58,762 nucleotides of DNA from Octopus bimaculoides (lineage: Eukaryota). The notes under the pieces were generated by a model that saw only the letters and a list, made by a program, of their open reading frames with translations, was not told the DNA's origin and made no database searches. A program made the position numbers and the translations under genes. Within the stretch, counting starts at the first letter, position 1, and each line of letters opens with the position of its first letter. Location of the stretch: positions 16,401,272 through 16,460,033 of the forward strand of contig NC_068993.1 of the NCBI RefSeq assembly GCF_001194135.2. The letters run 5' to 3'. Shown piece by piece: positions 24,257 to 37,269 of this stretch.

Positions 24257-24663
24257 CTTTTATCTTTCATCTTATACTTATTTCAGTTATTAGACTGCGG
24301 CTATTGTGGGGCACCGTTTCGAAGAATTTTAGTCAGATGAATCGGCCCCCAGTACTGATTTTCTTTAAAGCCTGGTACTTATTCTATCAGTCTCTTTTGC
24401 TGAACCATTAGGTTAAGGAGATGTGAACACACTAACACTGGTTGTCAAGCAGTGATGGGAGACAAAAAAGGCACAAAGACACACACACACATATATATGT
24501 ACAATGGACTTCTTTCAGTTTCCATCTACCAAATCCACTCTCAAGGCTTTGGTTAGCTTGAGGCTGTAGTAAAAGACACTTGCCCAAGGTGCCACACATT
24601 GGGACTAAACCTGGAACTATGTGGTTGGAAAGCAAACTTCTTACCACACAGCCGTTCCTAGCC
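24257..24663 (-). mobile_element. SINE family A, full length, CpG-decayed
   Basis: Collinear with the reverse complement of 1197-1594. Confidence 0.88.
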
Positions 24664-25149
24664 ATAGCTTTTTCACAATCTTCCAAGACTAATGGGAACA
24701 GGAATATCTATGGAAAGTTAAGATTAATTGAAATTTCAGTCATATAAAACTGAAGACATATGGTTCATGAGGCCAAAAATACAAACACTACATCACAAGT
24801 AGTGTTGCCCTTAATCATAGGGTCTACTCGATCACGGTTCATCTTGAGTGAAACAATGAAAGAAATATTCTCATAGTTATATAAAGCAATGTAACCAACC
24901 TTTGTCTTACAACATAGTTCTGTCTATCTAATAATTATCAACTTTCATGACCATCTTAATTTTCAACTTGCATGTCTGTTTTAATTATCAACTCACATGT
25001 CTGCCTTCATTATCAGTTAGCATGTCTGTCTATCAATTTCCATGTATATCTGTCTATGTATCTATCTAAGCATTTGTCTTTCTGTCATTTTTTTTAATGG
25101 TTTTTAAAGGAAGGAACAGTGCTTATTGCTTATGGCCCTCTCAGGCTAT

Positions 25150-25589
25150 GTGAACCTGGTGAGATTGATACAGCTGATGTTCAGTTTGAAAATCTCTAAG
25201 GTGACATCTGAGATGCTGAAGATATTCTTTGAAGTAGGTTATGTGTGCATCACTTTCCATAGTTAATCAGGTAGTACAGGGAGGTGTCATAACCATTTGA
25301 ATTGGCATTGTGGTCTCATCATCACCTTCTCACAAGATGGAGGTGAGGAGACTCTAGAAAAAAACAAACAAATACAGAGAAATCAAAACCTGAAAGTAAC
25401 AGGAAAAATTATTGTGCATACTTAGGCATAGGAATGGCTGTGCAGTAAGGAGCTTGCTTCCCAACAACATGGTTCCAGGTTCCGTCTCACTACATGGCAC
25501 CCCGAGCAAGTGTTTTCTGCTATAGCCTTGAGCTGATCAAAGCCTTGTGAGTGGATTTGGTGGATGAAAACAAAAAGAAGCCTGTCACA

Positions 25590-25637
<48 letters not shown>

Positions 25638-25897
25638 TGCATACATACATACATATATAGTGAGGACACATAGCCTAGTAGTAAGGGCACTGATCTCATG
25701 ATCACAAGATCGTGGTTTCAGTTCCTAGACTGGGTGATGTGTTGTGTTCTTGAGCAAAACACTTCATCTCATGTTGCTCTGTGATCACTTCAGCTACTGA
25801 TGCATGGCACATCTTGCACCTGTACAGCACAGATATTTGATCACTATAAACAGATCATTTGTGCAGATCAATTGGCAAAAAAGTTACATACTTATGC

Positions 25898-25936
<39 letters not shown>

Positions 25937-27366
25937 CTTCATGTCTGTATCACTTGACAACTGGTGTTGGTGTGTTTATGTCCCCTGTAACTTAGTTGTT
26001 CAGCAAAAGTGACCGATAAAATCAGTACTAGGCTTTAAAAGATTAAAGCCTGGGGTCAGTTTGTTTGACTAAAAACCCTTCAAGGTAGTACTCCAGCATG
26101 ACCACAGTGAAATGACTGAAACAAGTGAAAGATAAAAGATACTTGGAAGAGCGTTAACATAGATGAAATATAATTTGGATTTGTGCCAGGGCAGGAACCA
26201 CTGATGTTGTCTTTGTAGTAAGACCATGCTTGAAGAAGTAAACTAATGTACTTAGCATTTGTTGATCTGAAGAATTAAGTTAACATACCTAACACTTGTT
26301 GATCTGAAGAAGGCTTTTGACAAAGTATCATGATCTGTTGTTTGGCTTGGCAGGTGCTAAGAAAACTGTTGTTGAATGGCTGGTAGGAGCTGTGCAAGCC
26401 ATGTATAGAGCTGAAATTAGCAAGGTGTGAGTTAGCAAAGAGTTCAGTCACAAATTTAGTATGCAGGTAGGTGTCTGCCAGAGCTTGGTTCCCAGCTCCT
26501 GTCTCTTTATTATAGTTTCCTCAAGGCATAACAGAGATTGTTCATGAGAACTCTTGCATACCAATGAATAATGGTGTAATCTGTTGGAGAATTACAGAAT
26601 ATATTCCATACATGGGAACAAGCTTCGGATTGAAATGCCTTAAAGTCAATCTAGCAAAGATGAATTTCTTGTCAGCAGGAGAGAAGACAGGATTCTACTG
26701 CCACCTGGGAACTGGTCATGCTAAATATGCAGATTATGACTACAAGTGCTCAAGAATTATAATGGTATCACAGGTATGCTGACAGAAGGCTCACTTCTTA
26801 TCTGGCAGATGCACAAGTGTAGTTAACAATAAGAGCACCTGTAAAATTCTTTCAGATGTTCAGAAAGCTCTATAGAGAATGTTTAGGGGGGTACCAGCTT
26901 CCTATGTAGTTTCCATTCCTATCAACCAAGATTATATGATGTTTTTGTGCAAAGCATGATGTTTAATGAAGGCAAAACACAGGCGTTGAATTAGAAAATG
27001 TGCAAAGGCATGGGAGAAATGAAGTGAGCAAATTGTGTAATGTTAATATGCATGAATAATAGAACATGAACGAGGGGAGAAAAATATTGGGGACATAGAT
27101 GCTGTGTGTAAAAGAGAAGCTTGCACTGGTATGGACATATGATGCATATGGAAGATGACATTAGGAAAATGATAAGCCATATAATCCAAGTGGAAAGAGC
27201 CTGCAGAAGAGGAAGACATGGGAAGAAGTGGTGAAAGCTATTCTAAGGATACTAAATTATAAGGGACAACAAAGGAGTGCAGCTATTAGTAAGATGCTAC
27301 AATGGAGAAAACCTGTCCAGTCGATGCAAGCATAGGAAAACAGTTGAAAAGTGAGGGTGATGATTT
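25150..27366 (+). mobile_element. RTE LINE fossil (ORF2 3' part plus tail) interrupted by SINEs
   Basis: VTSEMLKIFFEVGY../VNQVVQGG (~25200), IDEI*FGFVPG and MYLAFVDLKK (~26160-26275), later degenerate RT/C-terminal similarity, and a (GAT) tail at ~27360. Confidence 0.75.
25425..26140 (+). mobile_element. SINE A with a family E-like SINE (25659-25850) nested in its central microsatellite
   Basis: A 5' half 25425-25585, E-like head and body, (TG)n, A 3' half ~25935-26140. Confidence 0.8.
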
Positions 27367-27544
27367 TAGTCTCATTATTGATGATTTTTTTTCCGTTACA
27401 AACTATAGTTCATATAAAATATACTAGTTTCCGGGAGATGAGGATTTTCTTATTTTCAAATACCTTAATGTAATTACACAATGGTTCCATAGGTTTCAAA
27501 TAGTAGTGAGCCTAATTTATATCACAGTTTAATACCACTTGATT

Positions 27545-27847
27545 ACTATTTTATTCTGATGATTACTATTTTATTCTGATGGATCCCCATTCCATGTTTA
27601 AAATCTAGTTTTATAGAAACCGCTTTCAAAATTCCTATTTTGTTTTCACACATTAACTTGTGCAAGTTGAACTATGTAAAATGTTAGAGAAAGAAACTTA
27701 GTTGTTTCTTGCAATATATACCAATGCATACATCTAAACCAAAATCTTTTCAGGGACCCTTAAGATACTATTGTGGATCCCCAATTTACTGTTTTGTTGT
27801 GTGGACCCCGCAAAAATCTTATTATGGATCCTGGTTGAGAACCTCTG
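27545..27847 (-). mobile_element. hAT (Charlie-like) MITE, truncated
   Basis: Reverse-complement similarity to 28074-28379; one TIR ggttgagaacctctg; 20-bp tandem duplication at the broken end. Confidence 0.75.
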
Positions 27848-28073
27848 ATCTAGACAGAGCTTTGTATTTGGGAAGTTTTTAATCCTGTGGTTGTGTTCAA
27901 GTCCACTGTGCTGAAATTTGTGTATTGTATTTTCTGTTATAGCTTCAGATCAATTCAGGTCTTGTAGATGAAGTGTTTCATGAATGGGGATTGTGCAGAG
28001 GCCCATCAAATAGACTATAACTAATTGTGGGTAGAAGACTTAGACCATAGCCAGGATTAACAACTACCTAACC

Positions 28074-28379
28074 CAGTGGTTCTCAACTGGAGTCCATATA
28101 AGATTTTTCGGGGTCTACACAAGCAGAATAGCAAATTGGGGATCCACAATAGCAGTTTAAGGGTCCATGGAAAGTGTTCATTTAGATGTATGTATTGCAA
28201 GAAACAACTTTGTTTTTTTTACATAGTTGAATCTACACAAATTAATGTTTAAAAAACAAACTAGTAATTTTGAAAGAAGTATCTATAAAACTAATTTTTA
28301 AACATCAACTAGTTAAGGGGGTCCACCAGAGTAAAATCAAAGGGGTCCATAGGTAAAAAAAAATGGTTGAGAACCATTG
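28074..28379 (+). mobile_element. hAT (Charlie-like) MITE, complete
   Basis: TIR cagtggttctcaac / gttgagaaccattg; perfect 8-bp TSD acctaacc (28066-28073, 28380-28387). Confidence 0.92.
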
Positions 28380-28563
28380 ACCTAACCCTTAGGTAACATT
28401 AACAGAGTCCATTCAAAGCAAGTCTTTGGTCTGAGGTTAACTTTCTTTAATTCCTTCAGCAGTCTTGGGGTGGGGGTAGGATAGGGGTTATAAAATCATG
28501 ACTCTTATTCATTTGAAAATTGGTGTGATAGTCAGCAAAGTGTGAGTTCAATGTTCATGTTAA

Positions 28564-29314
28564 CCCTTTTGATACAAACCACCCAAGGCCACTCTCTGGC
28601 TTTATCATACACGCCTTGTTTTGCTTCATGTTCTTGCTTGATGGGGCTGGGGTCATCCCAGTTTAGTGATCCTAGAGATCAGGTCCACCAGTGATAGAAA
28701 GCACTGGTGGACCTGGTCAGCTTTGTGCCTGTCCCTCTGCATCCTCCAAGGTGACATCAAGCTACAAACTTAATGTTTTATTAGAGTGGTCTAAATTAGA
28801 ACCTTCCATCAAAATTTCATGTCAATTTATGTTCCAAGCACCAGTTTAATAATGACAGTTACGAGAGGGTGATGAAAAGTTCCTGGTTTTGGGTAAACGA
28901 AAATATAGGAGGATCAGTTAATTATGATTTTATTCAACATATTCTCCTTTCAGATTTTCACATTTATTGCAGCAGGCCTTCAGTTTTTCTGAGCCCTGTA
29001 AAAGAACTCAGAAGGTTGGGCCTCCAATCAGGCCTTTCACGATACTCTTAAAACCAAGAACTTGGCATCCACTTGTGCGTGTGTATATATATATATATAA
29101 GGGAGTACTGAAAGTTCCAGGCTTTGGGTAAAAGAAAATACAGGAGGATCAGTTTAAAGAACACGAAAGGTTGAGTCTCTAACCAGGCCTTTTGTGATAC
29201 TCTTAAAGCCAGGAACTTTTCAGTACCCCCTTGTATTTTACGAAATTCTACATTATTTTCAACATTAATTAGAACAAAAGAAAGTATTTCTACAGAGATA
29301 TTGGAACAAAAGGG
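28564..29314 (+). mobile_element. piggyBac-type MITE with nested insertions
   Basis: TTAA at 28560-28563 and 29315-29318; termini cccttttg / caaaaggg. Confidence 0.75.
28862..29233. mobile_element. Two tandem mariner-type MITEs
   Basis: TIR cgag(a)gggt(g)a(c)tgaaaagttcctgg; copies ~28862-29075 and ~29098-29233 separated by (TA)n; flanking TA. Confidence 0.85.
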
Positions 29315-30084
29315 TTAATCCTGTAGTTTTTTCAATCTTCTCAATTTTGTTGCATACTGGAAATTAAATAAAAAAACATTACTGGCACTCTGGAGATTAA
29401 ATAAGAGAAATGACTGGTACACTTTGTATGAAAAGTTAAACAAAACTATGTTTTAAAGTTAAAAAAGAAAAAATTATATAAAAAATATTTTTTTAAAAAG
29501 CCAGTTTTATTAATCATATTTTTGCATAACAAAGTTATAGAATAGCACATTTTTCGAGATGTTCAAGCATTATTGTGGATTTTGTAAAGTCTTAAATTAC
29601 ATTTAAAAAAAAAAATCTATTGTACACCAACATGGCACATCAATGTATTGCTGTATGCTCTTTGAGAACCATGATATTAAGATAACATTCGAGTTTTTGT
29701 TTCACTACTGCAAAGTCTGCAGTATAAACTGTTAATTATATCACATTTTTACATGAATTGTAAAAAAATGTTTCCCATATATATATGTGTGCATATATAT
29801 ATATATGTAGTAATGTAGTTAAGGTTATATTGCAACCAAATGACTTCAGGTTTAATGTCATTGTATGCTACCTTGGGCAAGTATCTTCTTACCATGCTTT
29901 GTGAGTGAACTTAGTAGACAGAAACTGTGCAGAGATCTGTCCTATATATTTGTGTTTGTGTGTGTCTTACACTGCTTGATAACCTGTGTTAGTTTATTTA
30001 CACCCCTGTAACTTAGTAGCTCAACAAGAGAATATTGACAGACTGAGTATCAGATTTTAATCACCCACTAACTTGCTCTTTTCA

Positions 30085-30463
30085 GTCCTCAGTCCATTTC
30101 ACTCCCCCCACACACCTTCTTGTCACATCTTCAGCATATCCCTCCTTTCCTCTTTTTTCACTTGAGGTAGCCATGTTTCTCCTCTGATTCAAGACACTTT
30201 TTTTCTTTCCCTCAGTACTACTCCCTACCTCAGTTGAGGGCGTTTTGTCCTGCAAGTTACTTGGTGATCTCACTGCTGTTGGTGCCACATAAAAAGCACC
30301 CAGTACACTCTGTAAAATGGTTGGCATTAAGAAGGGCATTCAGCTGTAGAAACCATGCCAAAGCAGGCAACAGGCAATGATGTAACCTTCTGACTTGCCA
30401 ATTACTGTCCAACCATCCAACTCACTCCCCTGGAAAACAAATGTTAAACAATGATGATAATGA
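30085..30463 (+). mobile_element. RTE 3'-UTR-type retroposon (CT-rich 5' variant)
   Basis: aaaagcacccagtacactctg..aagggcattcagctgtagaaac..(GAT); related copy at 55360-55672. Confidence 0.75.
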
Positions 30464-32480
30464 AGTACCAGGGTTGATTTGTTCATACAACCCTAACCCT
30501 TCAAGACTGTTTATCAGAATGGCCAGAGGCCAATGAGTGAAGGGATTTTTTTTATTCCTGAGATATTGGAATATCAAAAACAGAATTTTAGACATTTCTT
30601 TATTGATGTTATTTATTGGCAGCACCATATTTTATTCCATTGTGTTTCTTACTTGCATTGCTATCAGGTTTTATTAAAACTCACCATTTTGCTCGCACAT
30701 TGCAACACTTTACTGTCTGTCTTTGTGTCACTTGCTTACAGGAATATTTGTTGGTACCAATAGGCACGTGTCTGAATAAAATAATGACTATTTGTTAAAA
30801 ATTACGCACTGCTTTATTCTTTTTTGTTTTGAACTATTGAAGCAGATGTTTGTCTGATATTTCTAAACATCTGTAGCTTGGAATGTCTCAGGCAAGCTAT
30901 TGTAATGCTTATACATACAGTTTATTGTTCTTTTACTGATTTTATGTTAGGGAAGTGCTGTTTAAAAATATATGTCCTTTATATGACTCCATTACTTTGT
31001 TTGATCCTTATATTATCAATCCTCACAGAAGGATGAATGGTGAAGGTGCCTATTACTGAAATGCCAGTTGTCAACTGGTGAGAAACACAGACATCTATAC
31101 ACATTTGACATAGATAGAAATACCCAAAATATTCTTTTTCGGAGACCTTTAGGTCACCCAAGGTCTGTACATATGCATGCACACACACTTACACACTGTC
31201 TACGTGTGGCTAAAAGGTTTGGTTTGCAACCATGTGGTTCTAGATTTGATCCCACTGTACAGAAACACGAGCAAGTATCTTCTGCTGTAATCTTGGTGGG
31301 TGACCAATACCTTGTGAGTAGAATTTGGTAATCAAAATTTATGCAAATGTCTGTAATATTTTGTTTGTGTGTGTATTTGTGTTTACCATTATAAAACATG
31401 TTTGTCAAAAAAAAAAAAAAATTACAAGTTACCATGTCAATAAATATGTATCAATGCAATAAGTACCAGACTACAATAAATACTGGGGTTGAAAACTTGT
31501 GAGGAAGGTACCTTAGCTTGACTGTGAGTCCTATGACTAAAACCTGTGAAAGGTAAAGAAAATGAATGTATTTATTTGTTTATTAATATGCACATGCCCT
31601 TCATTATGAGCTATGACATCCAGAAAAAGCATCATATCTAATATGCTCTGACTTTTCTTTGCTGTTATAGTATATAAGAAAAGTGTTTAGTGAGGTTTAT
31701 TGTAATTGCTGTTTAAAATACATAGAACAATGCATACATCTTGAACAAAATAAAAAGCAAATTCAAAACTGGCCTTTTAACTTTATTGGCAAGAACATCG
31801 AATTACTGTTGTCAGCCTTCCCAATGGAAGGCTATCGTTATAAAAAGACATTTTGCAGAATATCAAAAAACTTTCATTATCGAATATGTTCACTTGAATA
31901 CTTTTGTTATTAAATACTTTTGATTTTTCCATAAAAACAAATATAGTGACAGTTTATTATAACAATTATTGAATTTCAGGAATAGAAGTATTTATTTCTT
32001 GTAATTTATTTTCACATTTTGATAATGACAGTATTTATGTATTATCCTTATTAATTATTTATTAATTTCATCTTCAGTTTAAATAATTAAAGTAGAAAGT
32101 AATTACATTCTAATTAAAGCATTTAAAGAATAGAAGTTTTTATATTTCATGTTCACATTTGGCCAATGGAAGTATATTTTTAGGTAACAAAATTATTACA
32201 TTCTGACTTGTTCTCTACTAAAGGTTGATGGAAATAATAGCATGGGACCCATGTTTGCAAACTCTGTTGAATATTTAATATATTGTCACAAACATAAATA
32301 TATATAAAAATGTAACATTATTATCATGATTTTTAACTTTGTTACATAGTTAATTTCCAGTCATGCTGTTGTGGATATTGTGAATGAGAAAATATTGGCA
32401 ACACTTAATTCTTGTGTGTAATGACATTTAGGCTTAAAAATTTTGGAGAAAAAGTATATGGTGAGTGTGTAATGCATAAA

Positions 32481-32521
<41 letters not shown>

Positions 32522-32534
<13 letters not shown>

Positions 32535-33130
32535 GTCTGGTCAATAACTATCCAGACTGTTGCCATAGTAATGAAGCTAAAGCATGCAGAGTGGAGCCAC
32601 TTGGCACAAATTGACCTTGAACTCTGCTGTGCATTCACACTAAGTTTTAACATTTTAGCTCGTATCTGCTGTTTATAGCAGTGCTTGGAAGGAAGGTGTT
32701 TAGCGTGTGATTGTCGCATTAACCATGACAGAGAAAGCTGAGCAGAGAATCTGCATCAAATTTTGCTAAGAGCTTGGCGATATCTGCTCAGAGGCCTATG
32801 CAAAGTTTTCAAAAGGTTTTCATCTTTCTCGATACAATCAAGATCTTGTGCAACTGAAACCCGAGTGTCTTTTTGGTCAGCTAAAAGCAGTTTTGGCACA
32901 AATTTGGCACACATGCGTCTCGTACCCAAATCTTCAATGATGATGGACTGAAATGAACCATACCTAGTCTGCACATCCTCTGATAACTCACAGATGGTTA
33001 GTCGATGATTTCCTCTCACAGCTGCACACACACCTGAAATGTTTTTCTCAGTTCTGCTGATTGTGGGTCTCCCAGAACATTTGTCAATATCGACATTTTT
33101 TCGGCCATCTTTAATATGGTACCAGCATGA
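32522..33130. mobile_element. Rearranged mariner fossil with internal inversion
   Basis: Plus strand MTEKAEQRICIKFC*ELGDICSEAYAK from ~32725; minus strand DGRKNVDIDKCSGRPTISRTEKNI..RLTICEL..CAKFVPKLL (33110 to 32810). Confidence 0.85.
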
Positions 33131-33189
33131 GTGTGCTGGGTGCTTTTGATGTGGCACTGGAATGAGAGGAAGATTAGACAGCTGTTTCT

Positions 33190-33421
33190 TATTTTTTTTA
33201 TTGCCCACAAGGAGTTAAACATAGAGGGGACAAACAAGGACAGACAAAGGGATTAAGTTGATTAGATCGACCCCAGTGCGTAACTGGTACTTAATTTATC
33301 GACCCCAAAAGGATGAAAGGCAAAGTCAACCTTGGCAGAATTTGAACTCAGAACGTAATGGTAGACGAAATACCGCTAAGCATTTCGCCCAGCGTGCTAA
33401 CGTTTCTGCCAGCTCGCCACC
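33190..33421 (-). mobile_element. SINE family B, full length with TSD
   Basis: aga(c/t)agctgtttct at 33176-33189 and 33422-33435. Confidence 0.92.
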
Positions 33422-34554
33422 AGATAGCTGTTTCTAATAGACCAAGTGATGGCACCGAAGCTTCCTTATTGACCTTTTAAGGGGTTAAATAAACATGAGA
33501 ACCTTGTTGGGTCTTAGGAGGGTCATTATGCATGACATAAGATTTGTTTCAACATATGAATTCACATCAAGAATCTTGCAAAGCAATACAAAAACGAAGA
33601 AATATATGAAAATATTTGCCAAAAATGGAACTGTGCAAATAAATAAGACATGATTCCCAGCCCATCAAAGAGGAGCTGTAACTCCAAATAAGAACTGACA
33701 TGAACTTATGACCGATCCAATCATGCTAGCATGGAAAAATAAATTGATGATTATGATAAAGAAATACTTAATCTTGTGGTAACTAATTTGTATAACACTT
33801 GATAAGAATTATTTCTTTGTCGAAGTCAATGCTGATGTTGGCAGTGGTGAAAATATATTATCTGTGGAAAATGACACCTGAAACATTAGCACTTGTTTTT
33901 ATCACTTCATTCAAATCAGGGAGTGGCTAGTTAAAAACCCTCTCAGAAATCTCAACCAGGTGCAGCAGTAGCTAACCTACTTCAGACTGGGTGGGCCTAG
34001 ATAATATCCTTCGATACATTCCTAGCTTACACACTACAAAAGTAGGTGACTGTGTTAATGTAGATTTTTTTTATTTAGTGTATGTGTGTGTGTGTGTGTG
34101 TGTATGTGAGAGAGAGTTTGTGTGCATATGTGTGTGTGTACAAGTCTATGTGTGATTTTTTTGTGTGTTTTTAATTATTTCTGAGAGTAAGGAAATATTA
34201 TCTAAAGCTTTTACAAAATATATCAAAAATAACAAAAAAAAAAAAAAAAAGATTTATTCAAAATAAGAGTTAAAAATATATAGCTCCTAACTCATGGTAT
34301 AAAATAACTTTCCTGAAATGATTCAAAGTAATTATATATATCCGCCAGTTATCTTGCACTTAATTAGTCAAACAACCTTTATAGCCATTGCAAGGCTAAA
34401 CTCCCAAAACGTGCAATTACTGACTAGTTTTCAATACATCTCCACAGATGTCAAATCTCAACTAAACTATAAAACAAACAAAAAGTGGCAATTATTAAGC
34501 TGATATTTCTACAGAGATGACATCTAAGATTATAATACTACAGAACAGATGTAT

Positions 34555-34860
34555 AATACAATCAAAATCAAGCTATTCATTGCAACTGTTAAATCAGTGC
34601 TATTATATAGCAGAGAGACATGGATGCTGACAAAGAAATTATTAAATAGGCTAAATGGATGCTATACAAGGATGCTATGAATGGCCCTAAAGTGAAATGG
34701 CAGAAACATATGACAGATGAATGCCTTTATGGAGATCTACTGAAAGTTAGCAAGAATATCAGGCAAAGACAGCTGCAGCTATTTGGTTGTTGCATGTGCT
34801 ACACTGAACTGGAAGCCACTTCATAGTGATGTAAGAAGAGGAAAATGTCATCACACTTAC
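34555..34860 (+). pseudogene. RTE-group LINE ORF2 C-terminal fragment
   Basis: IKIKLFIATVKSVLLYSRETWMLTKKLLNRLNGCYTRML*MAL / KWQKHMTDECLYGDLLKVSKNIRQRQLQLFG. Confidence 0.8.
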
Positions 34861-34875
34861 ATTGACAACCATATT

Positions 34876-35045
34876 AAAAGCACCTAGCACACCCTGTAAA
34901 GTGGTTGACATAAGGAAGGGCATCCAGTCATAGAAACCAAGCCAAATTAGACTGGAACCTGGTGCAGCTCTTCAGCTTGCCAACTCTGGTCAAACTGTCC
35001 AAGGCATGCCAGCACGGAAGATGGACATTAAATGATGATGATGAT
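34876..35045 (+). mobile_element. RTE 3'-UTR-type retroposon
   Basis: aggaagggcatccag..catgccagcacgg..(GAT)n. Confidence 0.8.
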
Positions 35046-35339
35046 GTCTTTAAAAGGAAAAAACACATTATGGATGCTAGCATGGCCGTGTAAAAACATT
35101 TTGCTTTGCACTCACACTATTCTGGGTTTGATCCTATCCTGTGGCAGCTTTGCCAAGTGCCTTGTCTCAACACAGGCCCTGTTGGTGAGGTGTTTGGGGA
35201 ATGGGAAATGTGCAGAGGCCTCTAAGACATTCTCTGTCTGATGGAGGATGATTTAGTCTGGTTTAACACTATCGCCTCACCTTTCAGTGCCTATAAGAGG
35301 GTCCATTTTGATACAAGCATTCAGGTTAAGTCTCTAGTC

Positions 35340-36049
35340 TAGGGGCTAGAAAACTTTTTTAACCAATTACCCCAAAATATATTTATGCCAACATTACCCC
35401 CTTGGTTTGGAAAGAAGATCACAGATTCTTTGAATTCAAAAGGCTTATTGAATCTATATATATAGAGTATACAATTATAAATATAAAAAGTATAAAACAA
35501 ATGCGATAAAATAAATTAATATCTTTATTATGAAACAAAAGGATTTTCTAGAAACTTTTTCACTTCAGGTTTTGGAAAAACGATGTTTAAACTTTTTCAC
35601 TTCAGGTTTTTGATAAATGATGTTTTTATTTTTGTTTCAATTACATCAAAATTGGGGCATTTTGATGTGGGAGCAATTTGGATACAGTCTTCAGGATCCA
35701 ATCAATTTCATTAAAGGGTTAAATTGAATAACTACTTAAACCTAATCAAACAAAAACTTGTGTATCAAAAAATAAGATTAAGGCGGATAATAGACAGCTG
35801 ATAAATAATATCTATTAAGTCACTCGACAACGCCTTAGCAACCAAATTATTTGTAGTTCAAAATGATGTGATGTCTCCTAACATGTCCATTACATTGGAC
35901 AGATGCAATGTTGCCAGAAGAAAAATTTCTATTGTAACAAAGAACATGCTTTTTATATAATTTTACTTATGTCTAATGAGTCCTCATTACCCCCAAGTAT
36001 TTCACTTTTACCCCACATGGGGTAATTTGCCCCAGTTCCCCAACCCTTG
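35340..36049. mobile_element. hAT-type non-autonomous element
   Basis: Perfect 8-bp TSD ctctagtc (35332-35339, 36050-36057); degenerate TIR taggggctagaaaact / caagggttggggaact; ~38-bp internal tandem duplication at ~35553-35630. Confidence 0.8.
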
Positions 36050-37269
36050 CTCTAGTCCTTTAAAGTGAATAAATTGGATGATCTGGCCCGTAATACACTA
36101 TCTCAAAAAAAAAAAGAAGATATAATGGTTAAGACTGGAGTGTTTTTGATTATAGGTTTGCTTGACCAGTGAAGAATTGGGTGCAAATAACAGCAACTAT
36201 CCTTTAAATAGCTTACATTGATCTGAGTTAAAATGTCTTATTGCTTGTTGCTAATAGAGTCTATCTAATGTTGCCTGTACATATTTTGAAAGCTGTAACA
36301 TGGCTGGATGTTCACAGAGAACAGATTAAGTCCACCACTCAGAAACAAGAATGTTTGATCTAATGAGCTTTCACACAGTTTTTAATCTACCAAATTTAAA
36401 ACTTAACAATTAAAAAAAAAGAAATTAAAATAAAGGAAAACATTTTAAAATCCCCAATCCCAAAGTGTCTTACAGTGGGATTGAAACAGCAACTACATAA
36501 TTGTGAAGTGAATTTCGGCAGGACCATACATCCAATATTTAAAGGTGGTTAAATGTGATTTAATGTCTTTTGATTCCTGAATGAGGAAAATGACTGTAGA
36601 ATAGAAACCTACGTAATAGTGTAGTTATTACAAAGCAACAGTTTAGCCCCTACAGTTCTGTTTTGATTCCTATTGATGTTGTGATCAAATTTTCTAATAT
36701 ATTGTTATGATCATAGCATAGACACTATGATCATAGCATCAATGCTTTGTTCAAATGCATTGAAGCTTAGACCCATTCTATCATTTTAAGGGTATGGAGG
36801 ATTGCATTATCTGTTGTGTCCTTCCTTATTTAAGATTGTAGGATGTGATTTGAGGGATATTTAGGTACTGTTTCTAGCAGTTCAAACCACTATATACAGC
36901 TCTCATTGTTGAGGCTTTGGGAAAAGACAATAACTTCACAATAACAATACAACACAGCATTTTTCCTCTCCACAGCCTTTTCAAATCAGATATACTAGAA
37001 AGAAACCTTACATTTGATTTATAAAGAAGATAATTATTTTGATTAGGTACAAAAGTAGCTTATAAGGAAGATGATAAAACAATTAAATTAAAGCTAGCAT
37101 TAAACTGAGATTTAATTTATTGATTCTATAAATGCGGAAAATCTAAATCAGCCTCAGGAGGATTTGCACTCGGAGAGTTGTGCAATGAACCATAAAGTCA
37201 CTAAATCCTGTTTTTTTTTTTTTTTTTTGTAATTTTATTTATTTTCTACATTTCTAGAAACTTACAATA

